IMG/VR virus record: IMGVR_UViG_2595698371_000001
From: Bongovirus bongo
Taxonomy: Duplodnaviria; Heunggongvirae; Uroviricota; Caudoviricetes; Vilmaviridae
Length of the DNA: 64,000 nt
Strand: one strand, 5' to 3'
The notes beneath the pieces are model-generated. The model worked only from the letters and a program-made list of their open reading frames with translations, ran no database searches and was not told the DNA's origin. A program made the position numbers and the translations under genes. Shown piece by piece: positions 19,781 through 29,455 of the stretch; position 1 is the stretch's first letter; every line of letters starts with the position of its first letter.

Positions 19781-20003
19781 AGTTTTCCGCGATCCAGTAA
19801 CTGTAGTTGGTACCAAATACGTTAGGTAGTACCTAATTTCAGAATGGGTATCTCTTTAGAGAAGGAAGTATCTAATAAAACCCTCAACGTCCCCCAGCAG
19901 GGGGACGTGCCTCACGTACCGTAGGGGGTAAGCGCAACACTCCGTGTTGCTTGTCGGCGCTCACTGCGTTCGCACTGTCCTTTTTAAGACACTAGCGAGG
20001 CCC

Positions 20004-20022
20004 TGACCTGCGATTACAGGAG
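20004..20022 (+). promoter_or_regulatory. composite AB motif TGACCTGCGATTACAGGAG
   Basis: exact consensus copy; followed at 20034..20050 by the A-like CGACCTGCGGTTTTGCAG. Confidence 0.5.
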
Positions 20023-20261
20023 ACCGGGCGCGCGACCTGCGGTTTTGCAGAGCTAGGCAATCGCAGATGAGTGAAACTCTCAGGAAACTCTTAGGGTCGA
20101 ACTGGCGCTTTGTGGGAATACAGAAAGCCGGTACTATCTGCGTGGGCTCGCGAGAGGTTGGTATTCCCTTCCCCCTCAGCGAGCGCGGCACCAGTGGCTC
20201 ACGACTGGTCGAGGTGCCCCTCCCCTGGGGGTCGTGTCCCAGGGGAGCCTCCCCCAGTCTT

Positions 20262-20276
20262 CTCCTGTAATCACCC
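20262..20276 (+). promoter_or_regulatory. B-motif copy CTCCTGTAATCACCC
   Basis: 25 bp upstream of the GTG at 20302. Confidence 0.5.
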
Positions 20277-20301
20277 AGAACCTCTTGCCACACTGTGTGG
20301 C

Positions 20302-20652
20302 GTGAAGAACGAGTTCGGGCAGGACATCACCATCGGTTCCGTTGTGGGACTTGGTATCCGATCCGGTAATGGCAGCGAGCAACGCGTCGGCATCGTGCTG
20401 GAGCTGTTCGAGTCGACGCCGCGCTACGGCAAGCACGAGTGGAAAGCCAAGTGCGCCTGGTTGATGCCACGCCACAAGTACGACCGTGAGCGCGGCACCT
20501 GGGTCGACAAGATCATGATCTCCACCCAGAAGTTCCGCTTCTTCCTCCTGGACGAAGCCAGCCTGGACCCGCAGATCCTCCAGCAGCTGGACGACGCCTA
20601 CACCACCTACATGCTCGACACGAAGCAGGCCAGTGAGTTCATCCCGAGCTGA
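20302..20652 (+). CDS. hypothetical protein
   Basis: GTG start 25 bp downstream of the CTCCTGTAATCACC motif; upstream part of ORF-track ORF 20110.. is judged non-coding. Confidence 0.45.
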   Translation: MKNEFGQDITIGSVVGLGIRSGNGSEQRVGIVLELFESTPRYGKHEWKAKCAWLMPRHKYDRERGTWVDKIMISTQKFRFFLLDEASLDPQILQQLDDAYTTYMLDTKQASEFIPS

Positions 20653-20896
20653 CCTCCTCACCGACCGCAATCGCATGCTGGAGATGCTGTGGGAGATGGA
20701 CAACGAGCTGAGAGCTTGGCATGCGAGTGGCGTGTGGAAGAGTTCGGTCGACGCCGACCAAACCGCTGCTATCTACAAGAAGATGGACGAGCGCCACATA
20801 CTTGCACAGGGGTTGAGGGAGATTGGGTGTGTCCCATGGGATTTCCACCCCCACCGCGACAATAGCTGGCTAGTCGGGCTCCGAAACATGGCCTGA
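20633..20896 (+). CDS. hypothetical protein
   Basis: 87-aa ORF; alternative ATG start at 20666. Confidence 0.4.
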   Translation: MSSSRADLLTDRNRMLEMLWEMDNELRAWHASGVWKSSVDADQTAAIYKKMDERHILAQGLREIGCVPWDFHPHRDNSWLVGLRNMA

Positions 20897-20913
20897 CCTG
20901 CGATTACAGAACC
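20894..20913 (+). promoter_or_regulatory. composite AB motif TGACCTGCGATTACAGAACC
   Basis: immediately upstream of the extended -10 TGATACAAC and the ATG at 20933. Confidence 0.5.
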
Positions 20914-20932
20914 GTTGTACCTTGATACAACG

Positions 20933-21259
20933 ATGGGTACAAACAAGCTCAAGCGTTTCGCACGCAAGCACAATGCGGTCCTGACCGACGATCCGGACGG
21001 ACTGCTCTCAACCCTGCAGATCACCAAACGCCTTGTAGCCGAGGCGAACAAGGACGGGCAGCCTCTCTCTGTGGCCTCTGCCCTTGATCAGGCGCTCGAT
21101 ATGTCAGCGCCCAAGGATCCCGTTCGGACCTGGTGGTCTGCCCTCCGCGTCATCGTGCGAAACAACGAGCCAGGCAAGTCGAACCTGGCCGTTCTCGCCG
21201 ATGCCATTAGCAACCAGGGCACTGTCAATGCCCGCATCAAGAAGGCGGTCGCCGCGTGA
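20933..21259 (+). CDS. hypothetical protein, possibly on a leaderless mRNA
   Basis: ATG 4 nt after the extended -10 TGATACAAC; alternative ATG at 20915. Confidence 0.45.
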   Translation: MGTNKLKRFARKHNAVLTDDPDGLLSTLQITKRLVAEANKDGQPLSVASALDQALDMSAPKDPVRTWWSALRVIVRNNEPGKSNLAVLADAISNQGTVNARIKKAVAA

Positions 21260-21429
21260 GCGGAATCTCGACGCTGCTCGTGGCAGCGTTCATCATCCTC
21301 AAGCTCGTCGGCGTCGACCCCATCGCCATGTGGTCGTGGTGGGCAGTGTTCTCGCCGTGGCTGATTGAGCTGGGTCTCGCCATCATCTTCGGTGTCATCT
21401 ACGGCATCGTCACCGTCATCACCGACTGA
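21256..21429 (+). CDS. small membrane protein
   Basis: GTGA overlap; 57 aa; two hydrophobic helices. Confidence 0.4.
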   Translation: MSGISTLLVAAFIILKLVGVDPIAMWSWWAVFSPWLIELGLAIIFGVIYGIVTVITD

Positions 21430-21511
21430 CGATTCTCACCTACCCGATTTCCCCAGGCTGGACGGTCACCTTGGCCGTCCTTGCCTACCTCTACATGCGA
21501 TTGGTTGACCA

Positions 21512-22258
21512 GTGAGCACCCTTCCCGATGAGCAGATCCTCTTCACCTCCGGCGAGCAGCCGTACGCGATGCGTATCCCCAACGGCATCGGGCCCGACCT
21601 CGCGGAGGCCCTCGTCGCCGCCCAAGCTGAGTTCGGTGCCGTCGCCAAGGACACGGCGAACCCGTTCTTCAAGAGCAAGTACGCCGACCTGCCTGCCGTC
21701 AAGGCCGAAGCCCAGCCGGTGCTGGCCAAGCATGGCCTCGCGGTCACCCAGCACCCCGGCTACGTGGTGATCGACGGCAAGGTCCACGACACCCTCACCA
21801 CCAAGGTGGTCCACAAGAGCGGCCAGGCCGACGAGTCGACCATGATCCTGCGGCCGGTCAAGGCTGACCCGCAGGCGCAGGGATCGGCCATCACTTACGC
21901 CAAGCGCTACGCGTTCATGGCAGTGCTGGGCCTGGTGGCCGACGAGGACGACGACGGCAACGCTGCGTCGGGTCGCGGCAAGGCCCCGGCGCGCAACAAG
22001 CCTGCCGCCAAGGGCAATCCGAATGCGGAGGGTCTCGGCAACCCTGAGGTCGCCAAGGCCATCAACCGGGTGAAGTCCGCCATCAAGAAGGCGGGCAAGA
22101 CCCCGAAGGATGCGCAGGCCTACTTCGGTGAGCAGTACCCGAACGGCGGCTCGCTGATCGCCTCCACTGATGTCGCCGCGCTGACGGCCGTCGCGGAGCA
22201 CTTCGAGGGACTGGCCAACGCCACCAGCGAACTCGGCGGCACTGAGGTCTCCGAATGA
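21512..22258 (+). CDS. ERF-family-like single-strand annealing protein (recombinase)
   Basis: 248 aa; FFKSKYADLPAVKAEAQPVLAKHGL resembles the ERF motif KxxYAsLxxV; basic G/P/A-rich C-terminal tail. Confidence 0.55.
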   Translation: MSTLPDEQILFTSGEQPYAMRIPNGIGPDLAEALVAAQAEFGAVAKDTANPFFKSKYADLPAVKAEAQPVLAKHGLAVTQHPGYVVIDGKVHDTLTTKVVHKSGQADESTMILRPVKADPQAQGSAITYAKRYAFMAVLGLVADEDDDGNAASGRGKAPARNKPAAKGNPNAEGLGNPEVAKAINRVKSAIKKAGKTPKDAQAYFGEQYPNGGSLIASTDVAALTAVAEHFEGLANATSELGGTEVSE

Positions 22259-22413
22259 GGATCCTCGCGGGCTTCTTTGCCCTGTCTGCTGGGGTGCTGT
22301 CCCTGATGGGGATTCAGACGCTCGACACGGGCAAGCCCCCGCCCGAGGCGGTGCCGTATGTCATCTGCGCCCTGCTGGCCGCAGCTGGCATCGCCCACGC
22401 TTTCGCTGACTAG
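22255..22413 (+). CDS. small membrane protein
   Basis: ATGA overlap; 52 aa, hydrophobic. Confidence 0.35.
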   Translation: MRILAGFFALSAGVLSLMGIQTLDTGKPPPEAVPYVICALLAAAGIAHAFAD

Positions 22414-22535
22414 TGGGAGCCATCGCCGTCGTCATCGGGATCGTTCTCCTGGAGAACGTTCTCACCGTCATCTACCGACCCTAGAGGTGTCTCATTACCG
22501 ACTGGAACATCCCGCGCGACAAGTATGAGCGGCCC

Positions 22536-23396
22536 ATGCTGTTCCCTCCCGAGGGAGGCAACCGGGTCGCCTACTCGCGGTGCTCCACGCTGGCCAAGGA
22601 CATCGACAAGCCTGGCGACGGACTGTTCAAGTACTACCAGGCCAATGCCATGGCCGGTCTCGCCGTCAACCCGGCGCTGCTCAACCGCGTCAAGGCGATC
22701 CTCGCCAAGGGCGGCAACTGGGACACCAACAAGGGCGAGTTCAAGGAGATCGCGAAGAACGCCGAGATTGTCGGCGGCGCACAGAACAAGGCTGACCGGG
22801 GCACCTCGATCCACGACTTCTGTGAGGCCATCGAAACCGACACTCTTGATTGGGATCTCGTCCCTGAGGAGCTGAAGGGCCCGCTCGACGGCTACCACAA
22901 GGACATTGTGTCGAGCCCGCACATCAAGTTCATTGCCCGCGAGGTGTTCCTGTCGGTCAACGTGCCGATGAAGGTGCCGACCGGCAACGCGTTCGTGCTC
23001 CGTGCAGCCGGTTCGGCCGACCGCATCCTGGAACTGGATGGTGTCCGCAAGATGGCCGACATCAAGACCGGCAAGGACGACGAGTACCGGATGGGCGTGT
23101 CGGGCCAGCTGGCGCTGTACACCGAGGGGCAGCTGTACCAGGACTCGGTGGTCCGACAGGACATCGATTGGGCCGACTTCTACCCGAACGCCGATGGCAA
23201 GGCCGAGTTCGCTTCGCATGAGTGCGATTACGACGAGGCGATCATGCTGCACTGTCCGCAGCAGCCCGACGACTGGGGCCGCTGGGAGTGGAAGGTGCTG
23301 CGGGTTCCGTTGGAGCGCGGCCGTCAGATCATCCGCTGTGGGCAGTGGGCCCGCAAGCTTCGTTACGTTCCCGAGTTCAAGAGGGTGATGGTATGA
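22536..23396 (+). CDS. PD-(D/E)XK exonuclease (Cas4/RecB/YqaJ-like), partner of the annealase
   Basis: motifs GTSIHDFCE and D-x-ELDGVRKMADIKTGK (D..E.K); adjacent to the SSAP gene. Confidence 0.65.
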   Translation: MLFPPEGGNRVAYSRCSTLAKDIDKPGDGLFKYYQANAMAGLAVNPALLNRVKAILAKGGNWDTNKGEFKEIAKNAEIVGGAQNKADRGTSIHDFCEAIETDTLDWDLVPEELKGPLDGYHKDIVSSPHIKFIAREVFLSVNVPMKVPTGNAFVLRAAGSADRILELDGVRKMADIKTGKDDEYRMGVSGQLALYTEGQLYQDSVVRQDIDWADFYPNADGKAEFASHECDYDEAIMLHCPQQPDDWGRWEWKVLRVPLERGRQIIRCGQWARKLRYVPEFKRVMV

Positions 23397-23713
23397 GCGA
23401 GAAGACGATTGAGCAGCAGCTCACGGACATCCTCGAGGCCGAGGAGGGCGACGACCTGTACTGCCTGCGGGCAGAGCCTGACGTTGAGATCGGCGGCTTC
23501 CGGCACGTCGATGTCGAAGAGGGCGACAACCGGCGCTGGGCGCGGGGCGACATGGTCATCGTGCAGCACGTCGAGTCGGGCAAGTACTACGCGTTCGACT
23601 ACGACACCGGTCTGACGGAGTACCAGGAAGACGAGGTCTACCCCGACTCGGTGCGCGAGGTCGAAAAGACCACCAAGACCGTCGAAGTGACCATCTGGAA
23701 GAAGGTCAAGTGA
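23393..23713 (+). CDS. hypothetical protein
   Basis: ATGA overlap; 106 aa; acidic. Confidence 0.45.
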   Translation: MSEKTIEQQLTDILEAEEGDDLYCLRAEPDVEIGGFRHVDVEEGDNRRWARGDMVIVQHVESGKYYAFDYDTGLTEYQEDEVYPDSVREVEKTTKTVEVTIWKKVK

Positions 23714-24297
23714 GCGAGGACTGCGACGAGTTCACCTCGCAGGAATCCACTTACGTGGTGGTGAAGGATGGCGGCACCACCACCATCAAGTACTACTTCC
23801 GTGGCTACATCGACCAGGAGAAGGTCTCCCCGTTCATCGAGACGATGTTCTTCTGGGACGCCGAGTATCCAGACTCCAACTGGGACATCACCATCAACTC
23901 CGAGGGCGGCGAGATCTTCCCGTCCATCGCCGCGTACGGGGCCCTCAGCGGCTACAGCGCACGCAAGGAGGGTGGGCATCTCATAACGACCCGTGTCGCC
24001 GGTCTGGCCGCATCCGGTGGGGAGCTGCTGTTCCAGGCGGGCGACATTCGCGTCGGCGGGCTGATGGACATGCTGATGATCCACCAGCCGCTGTGCTCCT
24101 ACGAGGACACGTCGGTGTCGCAGATCCGCGCGGACTTGGATCGCGCCGACCAGTGGACCCACCGTCTCGCCCTGATCCACGCGGAGCGGTCCCACCTGTC
24201 GGTGGAGGAGTTCCTGGACAAGGTGAAGCAGGGGGACTGGTGGATGTTCGCCGACGAGGCGGTGGAGCTTGGGTTCGCTGACGAGGTTCTTTCGTGA
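23710..24297 (+). CDS. ClpP-like serine protease
   Basis: 195 aa; GGEIFPSIAAYGAL...AASGGELLFQAG...MIHQP matches ClpP active-site regions. Confidence 0.55.
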   Translation: MSEDCDEFTSQESTYVVVKDGGTTTIKYYFRGYIDQEKVSPFIETMFFWDAEYPDSNWDITINSEGGEIFPSIAAYGALSGYSARKEGGHLITTRVAGLAASGGELLFQAGDIRVGGLMDMLMIHQPLCSYEDTSVSQIRADLDRADQWTHRLALIHAERSHLSVEEFLDKVKQGDWWMFADEAVELGFADEVLS

Positions 24298-24680
24298 GCT
24301 GGGAAGACGATCAGGACTGGGTGCCAACGGATCTCACTCCGATGGCGCTGGACCGCCTGCTGGACCGCAACTCCTATCTGATGGACAAGTGGGACCGCAT
24401 GATGTCCTGGCATATGGCGCAACGGAAGTGGCGTCACGACGAGTTCGTGAAGGCCGAAGCCGAGGCGGTTATGCGATACACCGGTCCTGCTACGAAAGCA
24501 AAGTACGCGGCGGCTGAGGATCCGAAGGTCGTCATGGCGCGGACGTATCTGTCCATCGCTGAGGCGCAGCTGGGCATCTGCGAGCGTCGACTGCACTCCC
24601 TGGAGCGCGAGGCGTTCAACCTGGGGATGCGAAACAAGGTGCTGGACAAGGTCTACAACAACGGAGGCGGGAGCTACTAG
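24294..24680 (+). CDS. hypothetical protein
   Basis: GTGA overlap; 128 aa. Confidence 0.45.
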   Translation: MSWEDDQDWVPTDLTPMALDRLLDRNSYLMDKWDRMMSWHMAQRKWRHDEFVKAEAEAVMRYTGPATKAKYAAAEDPKVVMARTYLSIAEAQLGICERRLHSLEREAFNLGMRNKVLDKVYNNGGGSY

Positions 24681-25021
24681 TGAACGAAGAACAGCTTGTG
24701 AACGAGATCGGGTACAAGTTCCCGCTGCCGTTCATCCTGGCCGAGCAGCCCCGCATGATGTTGAACTTCATTGCGCTGCACAGCCATATCCCTGAGGCGT
24801 ACCGCAACATGATCGCGATCTGGCTGCAGGAGTACAACGCGGCGCTGACCGAGTTCATGCTGGAGCACTACGGCGAAGACGGTGCCCACGAGGCGAACCT
24901 GTACGCCGAGGCGATGGCCGAGTGCTTCCTCGACGCGGTTGCCGCTGAGCGGGAGGCTGCCGACAAGCGCATGTTCGACGGCCTCGACAAGGAAATCTTC
25001 GGCGATGGCGTACCCGAGTAA
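24680..25021 (+). CDS. hypothetical protein
   Basis: 113-aa ORF. Confidence 0.45.
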   Translation: MNEEQLVNEIGYKFPLPFILAEQPRMMLNFIALHSHIPEAYRNMIAIWLQEYNAALTEFMLEHYGEDGAHEANLYAEAMAECFLDAVAAEREAADKRMFDGLDKEIFGDGVPE

Positions 25022-25340
25022 CTCGCCATCCATCCCGGCGAAGGTCGCTGAGCTGGTGTACGCGGCGTTGGGCCACACCCTCAACCAGATCGACCAGCAC
25101 GGCACCATCCCGATGGATATGCGCCGGAACATGCGGAAGGTGTTGCAGGCGTACGACCGTGACCGTACGGCGGCATTGAACCGGCGCGGTGTGCCGACTG
25201 CAGTGGTGCAGGAGTACAAGGCCGCTGCGGCGGCGAAGTTGGCCGAGTGGCTCGCGAAGCAGGCCGACAAGGTCGAGGTCGATGAGTCCGATTTCGAGCA
25301 GTGGGCAAAGGAGTTGAGCGGTGGCGACATCGATTCTTAA
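25005..25340 (+). CDS. hypothetical protein
   Basis: internal ATG of ORF-track ORF 24882..25340. Confidence 0.4.
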   Translation: MAYPSNSPSIPAKVAELVYAALGHTLNQIDQHGTIPMDMRRNMRKVLQAYDRDRTAALNRRGVPTAVVQEYKAAAAAKLAEWLAKQADKVEVDESDFEQWAKELSGGDIDS

Positions 25341-25794
25341 GATCCGTGGCCCCTACGGGCCCGATGGTTCGCAGGGCGACGACGGTGTCGAGCTGTACAA
25401 CGACGAGGTCGTCACGCCCTACGGCGTGCTGGGAACACTGCGATTGCGCCGCGAGGATGGCAAGCGGTTCATCACCCAGGCTGATGGTCTGATCCTGATC
25501 CGGCGCGGCTATCCCGCCGCGTGGACCGAAGAGTCGCTGGCTGGTGTTGAGATGCACGAGACGCCGTTCGGTGTGCAGCTGTTCAAGCTCACGGCCGAGA
25601 ACGGCTTCGTCACCTACCGGCTGCTGGACGACGATCTGCGCTGGGAAGACGAGTTCGACGGAATCGTCAGTACCGCAGCGGAGTACCAGCTGGCCATGCT
25701 GATCAAGTCCCAGTGGTTCGAGGTGTTCCCGCCGCCCGAGAAGTACCGGCATGAAGTCATCACCCGAGACCTGAAGTTGGTGGACCCGCAGTGA
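25321..25794 (+). CDS. hypothetical protein
   Basis: 157-aa ORF. Confidence 0.45.
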   Translation: MATSILKIRGPYGPDGSQGDDGVELYNDEVVTPYGVLGTLRLRREDGKRFITQADGLILIRRGYPAAWTEESLAGVEMHETPFGVQLFKLTAENGFVTYRLLDDDLRWEDEFDGIVSTAAEYQLAMLIKSQWFEVFPPPEKYRHEVITRDLKLVDPQ

Positions 25795-26012
25795 TCATCT
25801 ACTTCGCGCACGCTAAGAGCGAGTCGGGTGACGACTACTACTTCGTCGGTAAGTCCGAGGCCGAGGTCAACATGCAGATCCTCGACATGGCGCGGATGGT
25901 GTGGGGTGACGACAATCCCGAGTTCGTGCCGGATCCGGAGTACGGCATCCACACCTACGACGACTGGCTGATGGATGGCTTCGGCGTTCACATGGAGAAG
26001 TTCGAGCTGTGA
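25791..26012 (+). CDS. hypothetical protein
   Basis: GTGA overlap; 73 aa. Confidence 0.45.
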   Translation: MIIYFAHAKSESGDDYYFVGKSEAEVNMQILDMARMVWGDDNPEFVPDPEYGIHTYDDWLMDGFGVHMEKFEL

Positions 26013-26239
26013 CGCTAAAGTGGTTGCGGCCGTGGATGTATCGCGGCAAGCATCGCGGGACGTTCCCGTACCACTGCCCCGATGACGTGTGCGTCCGGAT
26101 CAAGTTCTGGCTCCACGGTTCACACGTGGTGATGGGTCGCGGCGTGAGCCACCGACCGGGAGCAGCGGCCTGGCGGCGCAGCTACGAGGCTTTGCTGCGG
26201 ACTGATCCGAATGCGCCTTGGTGCCTCTACCGTGAATGA
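26009..26239 (+). CDS. hypothetical protein
   Basis: GTGA overlap; 76 aa. Confidence 0.4.
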   Translation: MTLKWLRPWMYRGKHRGTFPYHCPDDVCVRIKFWLHGSHVVMGRGVSHRPGAAAWRRSYEALLRTDPNAPWCLYRE

Positions 26240-26630
26240 AAAACAATGCAGGGCAGAAGTTCTCGAGCGATGCGGAGGGTTGTGTGAGCGGTGCGGACGC
26301 GGTGGGCCAGTCACCATGCACCACCGGAAGAAGCGCGGCCAAGGCGGGCCCTGGGAACCCTGGAACATCGTCGCGCTATGCGGCCATGGAACAACTGGCT
26401 GCCACGGCTGGGTTGAAGCTAACCCCCTGGCAGCTCACGCTACTGGTTGGCATGTCCGACCCTGGGAAGACCCGCGCAGTGTGCGCCCCACCCCAATATG
26501 GGAGACGGGGCTTCGAGACGGACCTGATGATCCTGGACGAGCTTCTGACCAGCAGAAACGCTTCCTGTATTCACCCTCCGAGCCACCTTATTCTGAGTAC
26601 GTCGAGCCGGAAGATTGGTTCGACATCTGA
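26211..26630 (+). CDS. HNH endonuclease
   Basis: CERCG...HHRKKRGQGG...N..ALC..CH HNH core. Confidence 0.65.
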   Translation: MRLGASTVNEKQCRAEVLERCGGLCERCGRGGPVTMHHRKKRGQGGPWEPWNIVALCGHGTTGCHGWVEANPLAAHATGWHVRPWEDPRSVRPTPIWETGLRDGPDDPGRASDQQKRFLYSPSEPPYSEYVEPEDWFDI

Positions 26631-26650
26631 CCCCGAATGAAACGAGAGAC

Positions 26651-27097
26651 ATGGCCCTGACACTTCCTGTCGTCACCATCGAAGGCACCCTGACGGCCGA
26701 CCCGACCCTGAACTTCACGCAGGGTGGCACTGCGGTGTCGAACATCACCATCGCGTGCAACACTCGCCGCAAGAACCCGCAGACCGATCAGTGGGAAGAC
26801 GGCGACACCACGTTCATGCGTGGCACCATCTGGAAGCAGTTGGCGGAGAACGTCTCTGATTCCCTCCGCAAGGGTGACCGTGTCCTCGCGCACGGCGTCC
26901 TGAAGCAGAAGGACTACGAGAAGGACGGCGTCAAGCGCACCGCCTACGAGCTGGACATCGAGGGCATCGGCCCGTCGCTGCGGTTCGCAACGGCGTCGGT
27001 GACCAAGAGTTCCGGTGGCTCCGGTGGAGGGGCCCGCCAGCAGCCCAAGGAAGATCCGTGGGGCGGCAGCTCCGATGACTGGGGCGGCGACTTCTGA
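26651..27097 (+). CDS. ssb: single-stranded DNA-binding protein
   Basis: OB-fold N-terminus; Gly-rich tail ending in the acidic tip DDWGGDF. Confidence 0.8.
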   Translation: MALTLPVVTIEGTLTADPTLNFTQGGTAVSNITIACNTRRKNPQTDQWEDGDTTFMRGTIWKQLAENVSDSLRKGDRVLAHGVLKQKDYEKDGVKRTAYELDIEGIGPSLRFATASVTKSSGGSGGGARQQPKEDPWGGSSDDWGGDF

Positions 27098-27177
27098 TCT
27101 AGCTGGTGTGAAGGGCCGGTGCCGACCTGAGAACGGCACCGGCCCTTTGTGTCTCATGATCACGACGAGGAGGAGCC

Positions 27178-27735
27178 ATGGCACGACTTACTGCTGCGCA
27201 GTTGCGCAAGAAACACCAGGACACCTTCGAGAAGTTCTGGGCGGCGTACCCGCGCCACACGCACATCACCGAAGCCCAAAAGGCGTGGGCCGACCTCATG
27301 GAGGAGGGCCGCGACGCCAACCAGATCGTCAGCGCTGCAAGGCGTTACGCCGCCAGCGTGGCCAACACGGACATGAAGTACGTGCCAGGTCCCCACAACT
27401 GGCTGCGGGCAGGCCAATACGACGACGCGGACCTGTTCCAGGACGAGCGTCAGGCCCAGATCAACTGGCTCAAGCAGATGTGGAAGACCGCCAACGTCAA
27501 GGCCGTTGAAGACCGGTTCCACGTCACGATGCCGAAGAAGTACCCGCCCGAGGACATAACCGAACCGGACGCCGTGGCGTTCTGGTACCGGACTCAGGCG
27601 CAAGCATGGATCTTCGAGATGTACAAGGAGAAGTACGAGAAGTGCCCGACGGCAACCAGCCAGCCTACGACGAGCGAGCCGAGCAGTCCGTCCTTGGAGC
27701 CATCCTCCACAACCCAGATGTCTTTGGCGATCTGA
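27178..27735 (+). CDS. hypothetical protein (possible replication accessory); 3' end uncertain, may overlap the helicase start
   Basis: GAGGAGG SD; 185-aa ORF. Confidence 0.4.
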   Translation: MARLTAAQLRKKHQDTFEKFWAAYPRHTHITEAQKAWADLMEEGRDANQIVSAARRYAASVANTDMKYVPGPHNWLRAGQYDDADLFQDERQAQINWLKQMWKTANVKAVEDRFHVTMPKKYPPEDITEPDAVAFWYRTQAQAWIFEMYKEKYEKCPTATSQPTTSEPSSPSLEPSSTTQMSLAI

Positions 27736-28928
27736 AGAAGCTGAAGGCCGAGCACTTCTTCCTCCCGGCCCATGAGGTCATCTTTGCGACCCTGAGCCAG
27801 ATGTACGTCGATGACCAGAAGATCGACTCGATCACGGTCTTCGCGAAGCTGTCTGAGAACCAGGATCTTCGCCGGGTCGGCGGGGCCCCTTACCTGGCAG
27901 ATCTGTTGCAGGCGTTCAAGTCTGCGCAGAACGTCAGCGCCTACGCTGACATCGTCATCGACAAGTGGCGGATCCGGCAGATCAACTCGCTGGGGCAGCG
28001 GTTCCAGACCATCTCGGCCAGCACCAACGACGTTGACTCCGCACTCGACGCGGCCCGCCGCTTCCTGGACGAGGTCGATGAGCAGCAGGACATGGATGCG
28101 GTCAACTTCCGCGACCTGTTCCAGATCTGGACCGAGGCCCAAGAGGACGACCGACCGGCCATCGAGACGCCGTTCATCGGTCTCAATGACCGTCTGGCAG
28201 GCGGATTCCACCGTCAGCGCCTCTACGTCATCGGTGCCCGTCCTGGCTGCGGTAAGACGATCCTGGGGGCCCAGTGCGCCCTGTACGCCGCGCAGATGCA
28301 CCACAAGGCGCTGATCTTCTCCCTGGAGCTGTCCAAGGAGGATCTGATGGGCCGCATCCTGGCGTGTGGTGCCCGTGCCGACTATGGGCAGATCACCGCG
28401 AAGCGCATGTCGACGGAGACGCTGGCGAAGGTGACGCGGTGGGCGAGTGCCGCCGCGAACCTGACTCTCGAGGTGGACGACCGGCCGGATCACACCATCG
28501 AGTCCATCGCGCAGGCGTGCCGGATCAAGAAGCAGCGCGAGGGTCTGGACTTCGTCTTCATCGACTACCTGCAGTTGGTGGAGCAGTCGAAGGGGCAGAA
28601 CCGTGTGGAGGCGGTTGACCACATGGCGGCGCGTGCCCGTCAGATCGCCCGAAAGCTGGACTGCGTGGTGGTCGTGGCCGCGCAGCTCAACCGCAAGATC
28701 GAGGACAACGGTGGCAAGCCGCGCCTGCCGACCAAGTCCGATTTCCGTGAGTCCGGTGGCATCGAGCAGACCGCTGATGCCGCACTCGTCCTGTCACGAC
28801 CGGTGGACGAGAACGGGGAGGAGGCCGACAAGATGCCCATGATGAACTTGACGCTTGTCAAGAACCGCACTGGCGTGGAGGGAACCATGCAGCTGCGGGA
28901 GCGTTTCGACATGGCGATGTTCCAGTGA
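27606..28928 (+). CDS. dnaB: DnaB-like replicative helicase
   Basis: 440 aa; N-terminal ERAEQSVLGAIL; Walker A GARPGCGKT; RecA-like core. Confidence 0.85.
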   Translation: MDLRDVQGEVREVPDGNQPAYDERAEQSVLGAILHNPDVFGDLKKLKAEHFFLPAHEVIFATLSQMYVDDQKIDSITVFAKLSENQDLRRVGGAPYLADLLQAFKSAQNVSAYADIVIDKWRIRQINSLGQRFQTISASTNDVDSALDAARRFLDEVDEQQDMDAVNFRDLFQIWTEAQEDDRPAIETPFIGLNDRLAGGFHRQRLYVIGARPGCGKTILGAQCALYAAQMHHKALIFSLELSKEDLMGRILACGARADYGQITAKRMSTETLAKVTRWASAAANLTLEVDDRPDHTIESIAQACRIKKQREGLDFVFIDYLQLVEQSKGQNRVEAVDHMAARARQIARKLDCVVVVAAQLNRKIEDNGGKPRLPTKSDFRESGGIEQTADAALVLSRPVDENGEEADKMPMMNLTLVKNRTGVEGTMQLRERFDMAMFQ

Positions 28929-29269
28929 GCAAGCTGTGGCATCGAGCAGACGAATGGACCAATCACGCCCCTTGCGTGGGGAAGATCGACTTCATCATCG
29001 ACCCCGACACACTGGGGCCGGATCGCACCGAGGTCGTCAAGGCCACCTGCGCGGCCTGTCCCGTGCGCCCCGAATGCATCGAGACGAACACGAAGCCCGT
29101 CTCGGACTTCTGGAGGAAGGCGCTGCGGCCTTCGAACGGTATATGGGTCGCAGGGGAGTGGCTTCCGGAGCGTCAGAAGGTGTCGGAGGCGGTGCTGGAG
29201 ACGACGCGGCAGATGCTGCTGGCCCGCCTTCCGGAGGAGCGCCGCAACCGGCCGGACCACATCCTGTGA
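28925..29269 (+). CDS. whiB: WhiB-family transcription factor
   Basis: four-Cys cluster C..C..C..C followed by the G(V/I)WGG-like segment. Confidence 0.75.
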   Translation: MSKLWHRADEWTNHAPCVGKIDFIIDPDTLGPDRTEVVKATCAACPVRPECIETNTKPVSDFWRKALRPSNGIWVAGEWLPERQKVSEAVLETTRQMLLARLPEERRNRPDHIL

Positions 29270-29455
29270 CCGACACAACAGTCCCAGATTTGGGAATTAG
29301 GTAGTGCGCGTGGTAAATGGCCTCATATTTGCCCCTTCTGCAACGAGGCTTGTCGGTACCCGTCGGTACAGTCCTGACTCGCTGGTGACGGCCCGCCGCT
29401 ACCCAATGTGACCCCAGATGTAAACCTCCTCCCAGTCGGGAGCTGACCGAGAAAG

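Larger units (their letters stand above)
19740..20301. promoter_or_regulatory. divergent early regulatory region with an AT-rich stretch and multiple operator-like motif copies
   Basis: 562-bp ORF-poor interval between divergent gene starts; contains motif copies at 19766, 20004, 20034 and 20262; local AT-rich segment 19790-19870. Confidence 0.5.

Noticed and set aside
20004-20022. Reading the composite motif as a sigma-70 -35 (TTGACC) / -10 (ATTACA) promoter
   Set aside because: The two hexamer-like parts are only 3 bp apart, incompatible with 16-18 bp spacing; classified as an operator or binding site instead.
20110-20301. 5' 64 codons of ORF-track ORF 20110..20652
   Set aside because: They span the regulatory region, including the CTCCTGTAATCACC motif and a Pro/Ser-rich translation; the gene is called from GTG 20302.
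27594-28622. 342-aa minus-strand ORF antisense to dnaB; likewise 21491..22201 (-), 32403..33248 (-), 33128..33841 (-), 57511..58401 (+), 45893..46828 (-) and 47706..48716 (-)
   Set aside because: Antisense shadows of confidently identified genes in high-GC DNA.
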